This document shows, one piece after another, positions 1 through 8,370 of a DNA stretch of 64,000 nt (position 1 is the first letter of the stretch; each line of letters starts with the position of its first letter). The position numbers and the translations under genes were made by a program. Below the pieces are notes generated by a model that saw only the letters and a program-made list of their open reading frames with translations, did not search any database and was not told the DNA's origin. Source of the DNA: Syntrophales bacterium (GTDB taxonomy: Bacteria; Desulfobacterota; Syntrophia; Syntrophales; UBA5619); NCBI GenBank assembly GCA_030654195.1, contig JAURXV010000156.1:207-64206 (forward strand), in the 5' to 3' direction.

Positions 1-1
1 A

Positions 2-571
2 CTTCCCGATGTTCTAAGTCGTGAAGAGATGGCGCTGCTGTTGGCGCAACCCGGTGCGGAGACCCCGGCGGACATCCGGGATTCCGCCATGCTCGAGCTC
101 GTGTATGCGACCGGAATCCGGGTGTCGGAGCTGATCGGGCTTACCGTAAACAGCATCAACTGGCAGGTTGGGTATCTGGTCGCCATGGGGAAGGGGGAGA
201 AGGAACGGATTGTCCCCGTGGGCCAGACCGCATATGAGCGGGTCAAGCGGTACCAGGAAGGGGCAAGGCCGCTTCTTCTCAAGGGGCGCGAGAGCGAGCT
301 GTTGTTTCTGAACCGATCGGGAAAAGGGTTGACCCGGCAGGGATTCTGGAAGATCGTGAAAAAGTATGCCGCAAAGGCAGGTCTGGACAAGGCGATTCAT
401 CCCCACACCTTCCGGCATTCCTTTGCCTCACATCTGCTGGAGGGGGGGGCCGATCTGCGTTCTGTGCAGATCATGCTGGGTCATGCCGACATCTCCACGA
501 CCCAGATCTACACGCACGTGACCAGGGAACGTCTCAAGGAGATTCATCGGAAGTATCATCCACGGGGATGA
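2..571 (+). CDS. xerD: Tyrosine site-specific recombinase, XerC/XerD family, C-terminal part (5' end lies outside the window)
   Basis: ORF is open to the window edge. Catalytic C-terminus HPHTFRHSFASHLLEGGADLRSVQIMLGHADISTTQIYTHV matches the R-H-R-Y recombinase signature. The C versus D assignment is tentative. Confidence 0.85.
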   Translation, partial: LPDVLSREEMALLLAQPGAETPADIRDSAMLELVYATGIRVSELIGLTVNSINWQVGYLVAMGKGEKERIVPVGQTAYERVKRYQEGARPLLLKGRESELLFLNRSGKGLTRQGFWKIVKKYAAKAGLDKAIHPHTFRHSFASHLLEGGADLRSVQIMLGHADISTTQIYTHVTRERLKEIHRKYHPRG

Positions 572-629
572 CGGCATGCTCGGGTGATAAAAAGCAAGAG
601 GGTCAACGGGGGTCGAAAGGTTGGAATCC

Positions 630-2627
630 ATGGAATACAAGTCTGGTATCGCATCGAGATCTCGAAGGAAAAGACGAAAATCGACGTGGATCCGGACCGT
701 TCTTTTGCTCCTCACGGCAGCCGGCCTGGCGGCCCTTCTCTTTTACCCGGAAAAGGTTCGGGCGATCGCGGAAGGATGGAACCGCATTCAGAATACCTTT
801 TCCTTTATCGTCCTCGACCGGAAACCCCATTTCTACTCGCTTCTTCTGGAAAAGAACGGGAAGGATTACCGCCTGACCTCGCGCGATATTTTTGAGGTTT
901 CCTACCGGGATGAATTTGTGATCAAAGAGGTTTCGACGGATGTTCTCTTTGGCGGCGCGATCGCCGTGGATGTCGCAGGGCTCGGGGATAAGAATGATTT
1001 CGGAAAGCTCCTCAAGGGGATCGACCTGGTGGACAAGGCGGTCCTGGCCGGCAGGGGCGGCGTCGGGAGAAACAGACCAGGCGATTATTCGCTGCGGATT
1101 ACCTATCGGGGAGACCCGATCGCGACCATTCCTATCCGGATACAAATCACCCCCCAGGACTGGCTGCGCTATGCCCGGAGCTCGGGGAATCAGAAGGTTC
1201 AGATCGAATACCTCAAACGGGCGATCGCGCTGAACCGTGAAGATACGAACGTGCGCCGGATGCTCGCCTCCATCTATCTCCATGCCGGCATGACGGGGGA
1301 TGCTATTGCACAGTATCAGGAGATTCGTGCGCTGAAGCCGGATGATACGGCGATCCTGTCCGAGCTGGCAAAGTGCTATCTGAAAAGCGGACAGTACGAG
1401 GAGGCAATACGGATCACCGCGCAGGCCGTCAAAGCCAATCCGAAGGATGATGCCGCACTGGCCGATATGGCCCTGGCTTGGGGAAATTTGGGGAATTGGA
1501 AAAAGGCGATCGCCGCTTATGAGGATTCTCTGAAGCTTCGACCCGGCAATCCCTTGGTAATGTTCAAGTTGGGGGAGGCTTATGAGAAGACGGGCCAGTT
1601 GGGAAAGGCCGCAGAACAATATCAACTGGTGCTGGAAAAGGTGCCGAAGGCCGATCATGTGGCGGTCGCCCTGGCGAGCGTCACGTTGAAGCTGGGGAAT
1701 TATGACGACGCGATCCGGTGGCATCGGGAGGTTCTGAAGAGACAGCCGAAGAATGCCGCCGCCTATGCCAATCTCGGCCTGGCCTACGGCAGCAAGGGTC
1801 TGACCCGGGAAGAGATCGAAAATTACCGAAAGGCGATCGAACTGAAACCGGGTGATCCGGTGGTTCACTTTAACCTGGCGACCGCTTATGAAAAGGCAAA
1901 AAAGGAGCCGGAGGCGGTTCGGGAATACCAGAAAGTCCTGGAACTGAAACCCCATGATTCTGATTCCCTGGAAAGGCTGGCCGATCTCCATTTCAAGGCG
2001 AAGCGTTTCAGCGAGGCCGTACCTCTTTATGAGAAGGCGGTGAAGATGAGTCCCCGGAAATCGGTGATTCATACCCGTCTTGGTTTTGCCTACGCCGAGC
2101 TGAAGAAACCCGCCCAGTCCGTGGCAAACTATGAGCAGGCCATCCGATACGGCGCAAAAGATCCCCATATCCGGCAGAGCCTGGCTCTTTCCTACAGTCA
2201 GACGGGAAAGACAAAGGAATCGGTCGCAATGTATGAAACGCTTGCCGCCGCGAACCCGACGACCGAGGTCCTGAACACACTGGCAGACGCATACATGAAG
2301 GAAAAACAGTACGACAAGGCCATCCGGATCTATATGAAACTGATCGAATTGAACCCGAAGAAGGCAGCCGGCTATGCGAGCGCCGCTTACGCATACGGAC
2401 TCAAGGGTGATCCGGACCGGCAGATCGAATATTACCTGAAGTCGCTTAAATGGGATTCTGAGGACGACGAGGTTTACGTGAATCTTGGAGCGGCCTATGA
2501 GAAGAAAGGGCTTTTTCCGGAGGCGCTGAAGGCCTACACGACTGCCTATGAATTGAACCCCGACTCGGCGACGGCGGCCAGGAAGATCCCCCAGATGAAG
2601 ATTCGGATCTTCCAGCAGAAACAATGA
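630..2627 (+). CDS. Membrane-anchored tetratricopeptide (TPR) repeat protein
   Basis: Basic N-terminus plus a TM helix (WIRTVLLLLTAAGLAALLF), then more than 10 consecutive 34-aa TPR-like repeats (A..Y..AL.L.P..). ATG at 630 follows AAAGG; the long antisense ORF is rejected. Confidence 0.8.
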   Translation: MEYKSGIASRSRRKRRKSTWIRTVLLLLTAAGLAALLFYPEKVRAIAEGWNRIQNTFSFIVLDRKPHFYSLLLEKNGKDYRLTSRDIFEVSYRDEFVIKEVSTDVLFGGAIAVDVAGLGDKNDFGKLLKGIDLVDKAVLAGRGGVGRNRPGDYSLRITYRGDPIATIPIRIQITPQDWLRYARSSGNQKVQIEYLKRAIALNREDTNVRRMLASIYLHAGMTGDAIAQYQEIRALKPDDTAILSELAKCYLKSGQYEEAIRITAQAVKANPKDDAALADMALAWGNLGNWKKAIAAYEDSLKLRPGNPLVMFKLGEAYEKTGQLGKAAEQYQLVLEKVPKADHVAVALASVTLKLGNYDDAIRWHREVLKRQPKNAAAYANLGLAYGSKGLTREEIENYRKAIELKPGDPVVHFNLATAYEKAKKEPEAVREYQKVLELKPHDSDSLERLADLHFKAKRFSEAVPLYEKAVKMSPRKSVIHTRLGFAYAELKKPAQSVANYEQAIRYGAKDPHIRQSLALSYSQTGKTKESVAMYETLAAANPTTEVLNTLADAYMKEKQYDKAIRIYMKLIELNPKKAAGYASAAYAYGLKGDPDRQIEYYLKSLKWDSEDDEVYVNLGAAYEKKGLFPEALKAYTTAYELNPDSATAARKIPQMKIRIFQQKQ

Positions 2628-2646
2628 ATTGCGGAGGGGAGTGTGC

Positions 2647-3474
2647 ATGAAGAAAATCAGCATCGGTGGTTTCGAGGTCGGTGGGGGCGCTCCCCTTGTG
2701 CTCATCGCCGGTCCCTGCGTGATCGAGGATGAAGAAAAGACCATGGAGATTGCCCATGATCTGAAGGGGCTGACGGGGAAGCTTGGCGTCCCGTTCATAT
2801 TCAAGGCCTCTTACGACAAGGCGAATCGGACCTCCCGCGACGCCTACCGCGGACCAGGTTTGACCCGAGGCCTTGAAATTCTGAAGAGGATCCGGGATGC
2901 GTTCGCAATCCCCGTTCTCTCCGACGTCCATCGCTTTGAAGAGATCGCTCCGGCAGCGGCCGTCCTCGACGTCCTGCAAGTCCCGGCCTTTCTCTGCCGG
3001 CAGACCGACTTTATCGTCGAGATCGCCCGCCGGGCGAAGGTGGTGAACATCAAAAAGGGGCAGTTTCTCGCCCCATGGGATGCCGTCCATATCGCCGAGA
3101 AATCCGCGGCGGCCGGAAATCATAACATCATGCTGACAGAGCGGGGGGTCAGTTTCGGTTACAACAACCTGGTCGTCGATTACCGTTCCTTCCCGATTCT
3201 GCGAGCGACGGGATATCCGGTCATTTTTGATGCCACGCACAGCGTCCAGCTCCCGGGCGGGGCCGGCAATGCCTCGGCGGGAGACCGCCGGATGGTCCCC
3301 TGTCTTGCCCGGGCGGCGGTGGCGGCCGGGATCGACGGCCTGTTTGTTGAAGTTCATCCAAACCCGGACTGTGCGCTCTGCGACGGGCCCAATTCCCTGG
3401 CCCTGGACAGCCTGCCGGAGCTTCTCGCGACGCTCATGAAGATCGATGCGGCGGTGCGTACAAAACAGGACTGA
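2647..3474 (+). CDS. kdsA: 2-dehydro-3-deoxyphosphooctonate (KDO-8-P) aldolase/synthase
   Basis: Translation has LVLIAGPCVIE, FKASYDKANRTS and FDATHSVQLPGG, as in KdsA. RBS GGAGGGGA lies upstream of ATG 2647. Confidence 0.93.
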   Translation: MKKISIGGFEVGGGAPLVLIAGPCVIEDEEKTMEIAHDLKGLTGKLGVPFIFKASYDKANRTSRDAYRGPGLTRGLEILKRIRDAFAIPVLSDVHRFEEIAPAAAVLDVLQVPAFLCRQTDFIVEIARRAKVVNIKKGQFLAPWDAVHIAEKSAAAGNHNIMLTERGVSFGYNNLVVDYRSFPILRATGYPVIFDATHSVQLPGGAGNASAGDRRMVPCLARAAVAAGIDGLFVEVHPNPDCALCDGPNSLALDSLPELLATLMKIDAAVRTKQD

Positions 3475-3502
3475 ATCTGTCCAATTTGAAATGAGGGGTA
3501 AC

Positions 3503-4066
3503 ATGGCTGAAGAAGTGACCGAAGAGAGACTTCTGAACAAGATCCGCAGGGTGAAACTACTGATCCTGGATGTGGATGGGGTTCTGACCGATGGCCGGAT
3601 CGTCATCGACGATGCGGGGCTGGAGAGCAAGCAGTTCGATGTAAAGGACGGCCATGGCCTGAAAATTCTGATGAGATACGGAATCGGCGTGGCGCTGCTG
3701 ACCGGAAGGCGATCACGCGTGGTCGAACACCGCGCCGCCGATCTGGGGATCACCGAGGTTCATCAGGGGATCCGGAACAAGACCGAAGCCTTTGAGGAGA
3801 TTCTCAACCGGAGGCAAATCGCCCCGGAGGAGACGGCCTGTGTCGGGGATGATGTGGTGGATATCCCGCTCCTCAGGAGGGCAGGGTTTTCCGTGGCTGT
3901 GGCCGACGCCGTATTGGAGGCCCGGCAGATCGTCGATTATGTAACGTATCATCCTGGAGGCCGGGGGGCTGTTCGGGAGGTGTGCGAAGTGATCCTCAAG
4001 GCACAGAACCGATGGTCGGATGTGGCCGTGAGATATGAATTTGCGTGCTCTGGGGGACAGATTTAA
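3503..4066 (+). CDS. kdsC: KDO-8-phosphate phosphatase (HAD superfamily)
   Basis: HAD motif I LLILDVDGVLTDG and motif GDDVVDIPLL; KdsC-sized; sits next to kdsA and lptC. The last codons and the stop lie inside a 40-nt palindrome. Confidence 0.88.
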   Translation: MAEEVTEERLLNKIRRVKLLILDVDGVLTDGRIVIDDAGLESKQFDVKDGHGLKILMRYGIGVALLTGRRSRVVEHRAADLGITEVHQGIRNKTEAFEEILNRRQIAPEETACVGDDVVDIPLLRRAGFSVAVADAVLEARQIVDYVTYHPGGRGAVREVCEVILKAQNRWSDVAVRYEFACSGGQI

Positions 4067-4084
4067 ATCTGTCCCCCAGAGCAC
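4045..4084. repeat. Perfect 40-nt palindrome GTGCTCTGGGGGACAGATTT/AAATCTGTCCCCCAGAGCAC (GGGGACA...TGTCCCC family)
   Basis: Read directly: 20-nt arms with no loop. The central TTTAAA contains the kdsC TAA stop (4064-4066). Confidence 0.9.
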
Positions 4085-4086
4085 AG

Positions 4087-4113
4087 GAGGACACGCTGCG
4101 GCATCATGTCCCC
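4087..4113. repeat. 27-nt palindromic unit, degenerate copy (GAGGACACGCTGCGGCATCATGTCCCC)
   Basis: Two substitutions relative to the 27-mer GGGGACACGATGCGGCATCATGTCCCC found at 7764, 17973 and 24545. Confidence 0.8.
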
Positions 4114-4134
4114 TTCATGGCGCGACGTTTGACC

Positions 4135-4163
4135 TTTACATTCGCGGGCGCGGATGGTAGAAT
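4135..4163 (+). promoter_or_regulatory. Candidate sigma-70 promoter for lptC-lptA-lptB (TTTACA-17-TAGAAT, TG at -15)
   Basis: Hexamers read at 4135-4140 and 4158-4163 with a 17-nt spacer, between kdsC and lptC. Motif only, no experimental support. Confidence 0.4.
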
Positions 4164-4197
4164 TCCAGACAGGCGCGGAAGAACGCAGGGAGGCCAA

Positions 4198-4249
4198 GGG
4201 GGACATGATGCGGCATCATGACGGGGACACGATGCCGCATCATGTCCCC
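4198..4249. repeat. Tandem/nested 1.9-copy of the 27-nt palindromic unit
   Basis: GGGGGACATGATGCGGCATCATGAC followed by GGGGACACGATGCCGCATCATGTCCCC. Deleting 24 nt would restore a single perfect unit. Confidence 0.85.
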
Positions 4250-4255
4250 GGTGAG

Positions 4256-4846
4256 ATGAAGACAAAAAGAAAAACGGTGCTCATCGTCGCGATCCTTGCG
4301 GTGATTCTGTCCCTGGCCGTGATTTTCGTGATCGGCCTCAGGGTGGCGCCGGAAAAGGCGCTCCTGAAGATCATGGCGGACAAGGTTGACCTGCAGATCA
4401 AAAATGTCCGTTATACGGAGGTCGGGGATTCCGGCATGAAATGGGAGATCACCGCGGATACGGCGCGCTATCTGAAGAAGGAGAACCTGGCCCTCTTTGA
4501 GAAGGTGTCGGTCCGGCTGGTGATGAAGGACGGTCGGACCTTCGTGATGAACGGCGATCAAGGGCGGCTCGATACCCAGTCGCGGGACATGGAAATCGAC
4601 GGGAATGTCGGCATCGTTTCGGGAAACGGGGATCGCTTTGCGACGGACCGTCTTCGGTACCGGAATGCCGCCCGACGGATCGAAACAGACCAACCCGTCG
4701 CGATGGAAAACGGGAATGTCCGAATCAGCGGCGTCGGGATGATCTTTCATCTGGACGAGAGCAAGCTAACGCTGCTTTCGCAGATTCGGGCGAGCTCTGG
4801 GGACACCTTGCCGCAAGGTGTCCCCAAATGGGGGCAGGGAAAATAA
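4256..4846 (+). CDS. lptC: LPS export system protein LptC-like
   Basis: Single N-terminal TM helix (TVLIVAILAVILSLAVIFVIGL) followed by a beta-rich periplasmic domain. Position kdsC-[this]-lptA-lptB. Start is uncertain: in-frame ATGs at 4205/4208 lie inside the repeat. Confidence 0.7.
   Translation: MKTKRKTVLIVAILAVILSLAVIFVIGLRVAPEKALLKIMADKVDLQIKNVRYTEVGDSGMKWEITADTARYLKKENLALFEKVSVRLVMKDGRTFVMNGDQGRLDTQSRDMEIDGNVGIVSGNGDRFATDRLRYRNAARRIETDQPVAMENGNVRISGVGMIFHLDESKLTLLSQIRASSGDTLPQGVPKWGQGK
4799..4825. repeat. 27-nt palindromic unit, CCTTG subtype (GGGGACACCTTGCCGCAAGGTGTCCCC)
   Basis: Perfect 12-bp arms with loop CCG. Lies in the last 16 codons of lptC and 22 nt upstream of the lptA ATG. 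Confidence 0.88.
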
Positions 4847-4847
4847 G

Positions 4848-5408
4848 ATGTTAAAAAGTATCTTCCGAATCATCCTCTGCATCGGCGTTCTGACGACGAT
4901 CCCCTATCCGCCCCGGGACGCCCAGTGCGAGACAAAGCAGAAACCCGGGATCGAAAAGGAGCAGCCGATTCAGATCGTCTCCGACCGCCTGGATGCCTAC
5001 AACGAGAAACGGATGGTCGTTTTTTCGGGCAATGCCGTGGCTACGCAAGGCGCGCGGACGATCCGTGCCGAACGTCTGACGCTTTATTACAGGGATGATC
5101 AAAAGAAGACCGGGCGGTCGACCGTGGGGGGAGGGGGCGAAGGGACGGGGAATCTGGAAAGGATGGAGGCCAAGGGGCACGTTACGATCACGGAGGGCGA
5201 GCGGGTCGTGACCGGAGATGAGGCCGTCTTCGAACAGGATGCCCAGAAGATCACGATGACGGGCAGCGCCGTCCTGCGCGAGGGTGACAACATCATCCAG
5301 GGAGACAGGATCGTCGTATTCCTGAACGAAAACAGAGGAGTGGTCGAAGGCGCGGGGAGTCGGCGCGTGACGGCCACAATCTATCCGGGGGAGACGAAAA
5401 AACGGTGA
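4848..5408 (+). CDS. lptA: LPS transport periplasmic protein LptA (OstA-like)
   Basis: Signal peptide (MLKSIFRIILCIGVLTT) and OstA-N-like repeats (VVFSGNAVATQG..., ITMTGSAVLREGDN). Immediately precedes lptB. Confidence 0.8.
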   Translation: MLKSIFRIILCIGVLTTIPYPPRDAQCETKQKPGIEKEQPIQIVSDRLDAYNEKRMVVFSGNAVATQGARTIRAERLTLYYRDDQKKTGRSTVGGGGEGTGNLERMEAKGHVTITEGERVVTGDEAVFEQDAQKITMTGSAVLREGDNIIQGDRIVVFLNENRGVVEGAGSRRVTATIYPGETKKR

Positions 5409-5439
5409 CCTATTCCAGTCGGTATCATGGGTTCTTTTC

Positions 5440-6162
5440 ATGGGAAAACTGACGGCGACAGGCCTGATCAAGGTCTACAACCGACGACGGGTGGTCGATC
5501 GGATCGACCTTGAGATTAATCCCGGCGAGGTGGTCGGCCTCCTGGGACCGAACGGCGCCGGGAAGACGACGACCTTCTACATGATCGTCGGGCTGATCAA
5601 ACCGGATGGGGGGGCGATCTTCCTCGATGGCGAGGATCTGAGCCGCAGTCCGATGTATGTGCGGGCAAGAAAGGGGCTGAATTACCTGCCGCAGGAGCCC
5701 TCCATCTTCCGGAAACTGACGGTGCGGGAGAACATCATGGCCATCCTCGAAACGCTCACCATGGTCCCGGAAGAGAGAGAGGAGCGTCTGCACCAGCTTC
5801 TTGCGGAGCTGGATTTAACCCAAATATCCGACAACAGGGCCTATTCTCTGTCGGGAGGCGAACGGAGGCGTGTGGAGATCACGCGGGCGCTCGTTACCTC
5901 GCCGAAATATATTCTTCTCGATGAACCTTTCGCAGGGATCGATCCGCTGGCGGTGGCGGATATCGGGAAGATCATCGCCCGGCTGCGGACGAAGGGGATC
6001 GGGGTCATCATCTCCGACCACAACGTCCGGGAGACCCTTTCCGTCTGCGATCGGGCCTACATCGTCAACGAGGGGAAGGTCCTTGTGGAGGGATCGCCGG
6101 AGTTGATCGCGGGCTCCGAGATCGCGAGGAAAATCTATTTCGGCGACGATTTTAAATTCTGA
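5440..6162 (+). CDS. lptB: LPS export ABC transporter ATP-binding protein LptB
   Basis: Walker A GPNGAGKTT, ABC signature LSGGERRR, Walker B ILLDEPFAGIDP. Located upstream of rpoN. Confidence 0.95.
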   Translation: MGKLTATGLIKVYNRRRVVDRIDLEINPGEVVGLLGPNGAGKTTTFYMIVGLIKPDGGAIFLDGEDLSRSPMYVRARKGLNYLPQEPSIFRKLTVRENIMAILETLTMVPEEREERLHQLLAELDLTQISDNRAYSLSGGERRRVEITRALVTSPKYILLDEPFAGIDPLAVADIGKIIARLRTKGIGVIISDHNVRETLSVCDRAYIVNEGKVLVEGSPELIAGSEIARKIYFGDDFKF

Positions 6163-6191
6163 TCGGTCATGGAAGGCAGCGCAGTCGAAGC

Positions 6192-7655
6192 ATGGCATTT
6201 GAACTAAGACAGAATCTAAAACTGACCCAGCAATTGATCATGACACCGCAGCTTCAGCAGGCGATCAAGCTCCTGCAGTTGTCGCGACTGGATCTGGTCG
6301 ACATGGTCAACCAGGAGATGGAGGAAAATCCACTACTGGAAGAGGTCGTTTCCGATGAGGACCCCGAAGCCGAAAAAAAGATCGAACCCGCACAGACCGA
6401 GGAAGGCGATCGGGAAGAGAGCAAAACAGTCGAGCGGACAGGGGAGCTGACAGGCGAGGGGGACGGTCGGGAGGAGTTCGACTGGGACGGCTATCTGGAA
6501 GACTATGGGCCGATGGGGGTCACCTACGATCGGCAAGAGGGGACCGCTCCTTCCTGGGACAATCTCCTGGTCGTGAAAAACTCGCTTACGGACCATCTGA
6601 TGTGGCAGCTCCTTCTTTCTCGGTTTACCGAGGCTGAATACCGGATTGGCGAACAGATCATCGGCAACCTGGATCAGAACGGCTATCTGGCTGCCACACT
6701 GGATGAGATTGCCGTCCAGGAGAAGGTCGCGCCGGCCTTTGTAGAAGAGGTGCTGAAAAAGATTCAGGAATTCGATCCCGTCGGGATTGCCGCCCGCGAC
6801 CTTCGGGAGTGCCTGCTCATCCAGGCGAAGATGGTGGGGAATACGCGTTCCCTTGTGGAGCGGATTATCCTTGGCCATCTCAAGGATCTTGAAGTCAAGA
6901 ATTATCCCCGGATCGCCAGGAAATTGAAAGAGTCCCTCGATGACGTTCTGGCGGCCGTCGTGATCATAAGCCATATGGATCCCCATCCGGGGAGCATCTA
7001 CAATGAGGAACGCATCCAGGCGATCGTTCCCGATGTCTATGTCTTCAAGAGCGGCGATGATTACAAGATCGTTCTGAACGACGAGGGGCTTCCGCGACTT
7101 CGGATCAGCAATTTCTACCGGGAGATCATGGGCGGAATGAACGCCGGAGTGACGCGGGAAAACGGGAAAAAGTATATCAAGGAGCGAGTCCAGTCGGCAA
7201 CCTGGCTGATCAAGAGCATTCAGCAGCGGCAGAAGACGATCTACCGGGTTACCGAGAGCATCGTCCGGTTTCAGAGGGATTTTTTTGACCGGGGGATAAA
7301 CTCCATGAAGCCTTTGATCCTGCGGGACATCGCCGATGATGTGGAGATGCATGAATCCACGATCAGCAGGGTCGTAACGAACAAATACATGCATACGCCG
7401 CGGGGTCTCTTCGAGCTGAAATATTTCTTCGGCAGCGGCATTCACAAGCCCGGAAGCGACGACGTTTCATCCAAGAGCGTCCAGGATGATATCCGGAAGA
7501 TCATCGGCAAGGAAGATCCCCGCAAACCGTTCAGCGATCAGGTCATCGTGGCGCGTCTTGGGGATTCAGGGATCTCTATCGCCCGGCGGACGGTTGCGAA
7601 ATACAGGGAGATGATGGGAATCCTGCCCTCTTCCATGCGGAAGAAATATTTTTAA
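6192..7655 (+). CDS. rpoN: RNA polymerase sigma-54 factor
   Basis: Region I LKLTQQLIMTPQLQQAIKLLQLS, acidic region II, and C-terminal RpoN box ARRTVAKYRE. Confidence 0.97.
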   Translation: MAFELRQNLKLTQQLIMTPQLQQAIKLLQLSRLDLVDMVNQEMEENPLLEEVVSDEDPEAEKKIEPAQTEEGDREESKTVERTGELTGEGDGREEFDWDGYLEDYGPMGVTYDRQEGTAPSWDNLLVVKNSLTDHLMWQLLLSRFTEAEYRIGEQIIGNLDQNGYLAATLDEIAVQEKVAPAFVEEVLKKIQEFDPVGIAARDLRECLLIQAKMVGNTRSLVERIILGHLKDLEVKNYPRIARKLKESLDDVLAAVVIISHMDPHPGSIYNEERIQAIVPDVYVFKSGDDYKIVLNDEGLPRLRISNFYREIMGGMNAGVTRENGKKYIKERVQSATWLIKSIQQRQKTIYRVTESIVRFQRDFFDRGINSMKPLILRDIADDVEMHESTISRVVTNKYMHTPRGLFELKYFFGSGIHKPGSDDVSSKSVQDDIRKIIGKEDPRKPFSDQVIVARLGDSGISIARRTVAKYREMMGILPSSMRKKYF

Positions 7656-7661
7656 AAAGCG

Positions 7662-7690
7662 TTGACAAGGTAAAGAGATATCCGTATAGT
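7662..7690 (+). promoter_or_regulatory. Candidate sigma-70 promoter (TTGACA-17-TATAGT) for hpf-ptsN-hprK-rapZ
   Basis: Consensus -35 at 7662-7667, 17-nt spacer, TATAGT at 7685-7690. Begins 7 nt after the rpoN stop. Confidence 0.6.
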
Positions 7691-7716
7691 CCACCACTTT
7701 GCCGCCCGGCGGTCCA

Positions 7717-7791
7717 GGGGGACACGCCCAGCGATCTGGGGGACATGATGCTGCATCGTGCAGGGGGACACGATGCGGCATCATGTCCCCC
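7717..7791. repeat. Composite of three GGGGGACA-initiated units ending in a full 27-nt palindrome
   Basis: GGGGGACACGCCCAGCGATCT, then GGGGGACATGATGCTGCATCGTGCA, then GGGGGACACGATGCGGCATCATGTCCCCC. Positions 7764-7790 are identical to the ligA and hemW copies. Confidence 0.88.
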
Positions 7792-7817
7792 GAAATCAGA
7801 AACGGGAGGAACCGATC

Positions 7818-8354
7818 ATGAAGATTTCTGTGACATTCAGGAATGCGGAGGGTGAAACCTGGCAGAAGGAATATGTGGAAGAAAGACTGAAAAAACTGAA
7901 GAAATATATCGATAATCCGGTGGATGCCCGTGTTATCCTGTCGGTTGAAAAATTCCGGAATACGGCGGAAATCAATATGATGGCGAACGGGTTGAACATC
8001 TACGGCAAGGAAGAAGATAAGGATATGCATCTGGCCATCGACAACGCCATCGAAAAGATCGAGCGGCAGCTCAAGAAACGGAAGGAAAAGGTGCGCGGTT
8101 TCAAGACCAATCCTTCCCGAAGCGGAGAATTTGACGGAGAATCTGCTACGGAAGAGGGCGAGGAATCGCCAGATGCCCAGGTGGTCGAGACGCGCAAAGT
8201 GGTCTTGACGCCGATGTCTATTGATGACGCAGTCCTGGAAATGGAAACCACGAAAAACCGGTTTGTGATCTATCGCGACTCGTCCACCGAAAACGTCAAC
8301 GTCATCTATCGGCGTGAGGATGGGAAATTTGCGTTGATGGAGATCAGCCGTTGA
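7818..8354 (+). CDS. hpf: Ribosome hibernation promoting factor (long HPF type)
   Basis: MKISVTFRN... S30AE/HPF N-domain plus a C-terminal extension. RBS GGGAGGA at 7804-7810. Canonical position after rpoN. Confidence 0.9.
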   Translation: MKISVTFRNAEGETWQKEYVEERLKKLKKYIDNPVDARVILSVEKFRNTAEINMMANGLNIYGKEEDKDMHLAIDNAIEKIERQLKKRKEKVRGFKTNPSRSGEFDGESATEEGEESPDAQVVETRKVVLTPMSIDDAVLEMETTKNRFVIYRDSSTENVNVIYRREDGKFALMEISR

Positions 8355-8370
8355 GGTTTGGGGATAAAGC

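Noticed and set aside
603-2804. 733-aa ORF on the minus strand
   Set aside because: It is antisense to the TPR gene and kdsA. It is Arg/Gly/Pro-rich and low in complexity, with no motifs, and is a typical long spurious ORF of high-GC DNA.
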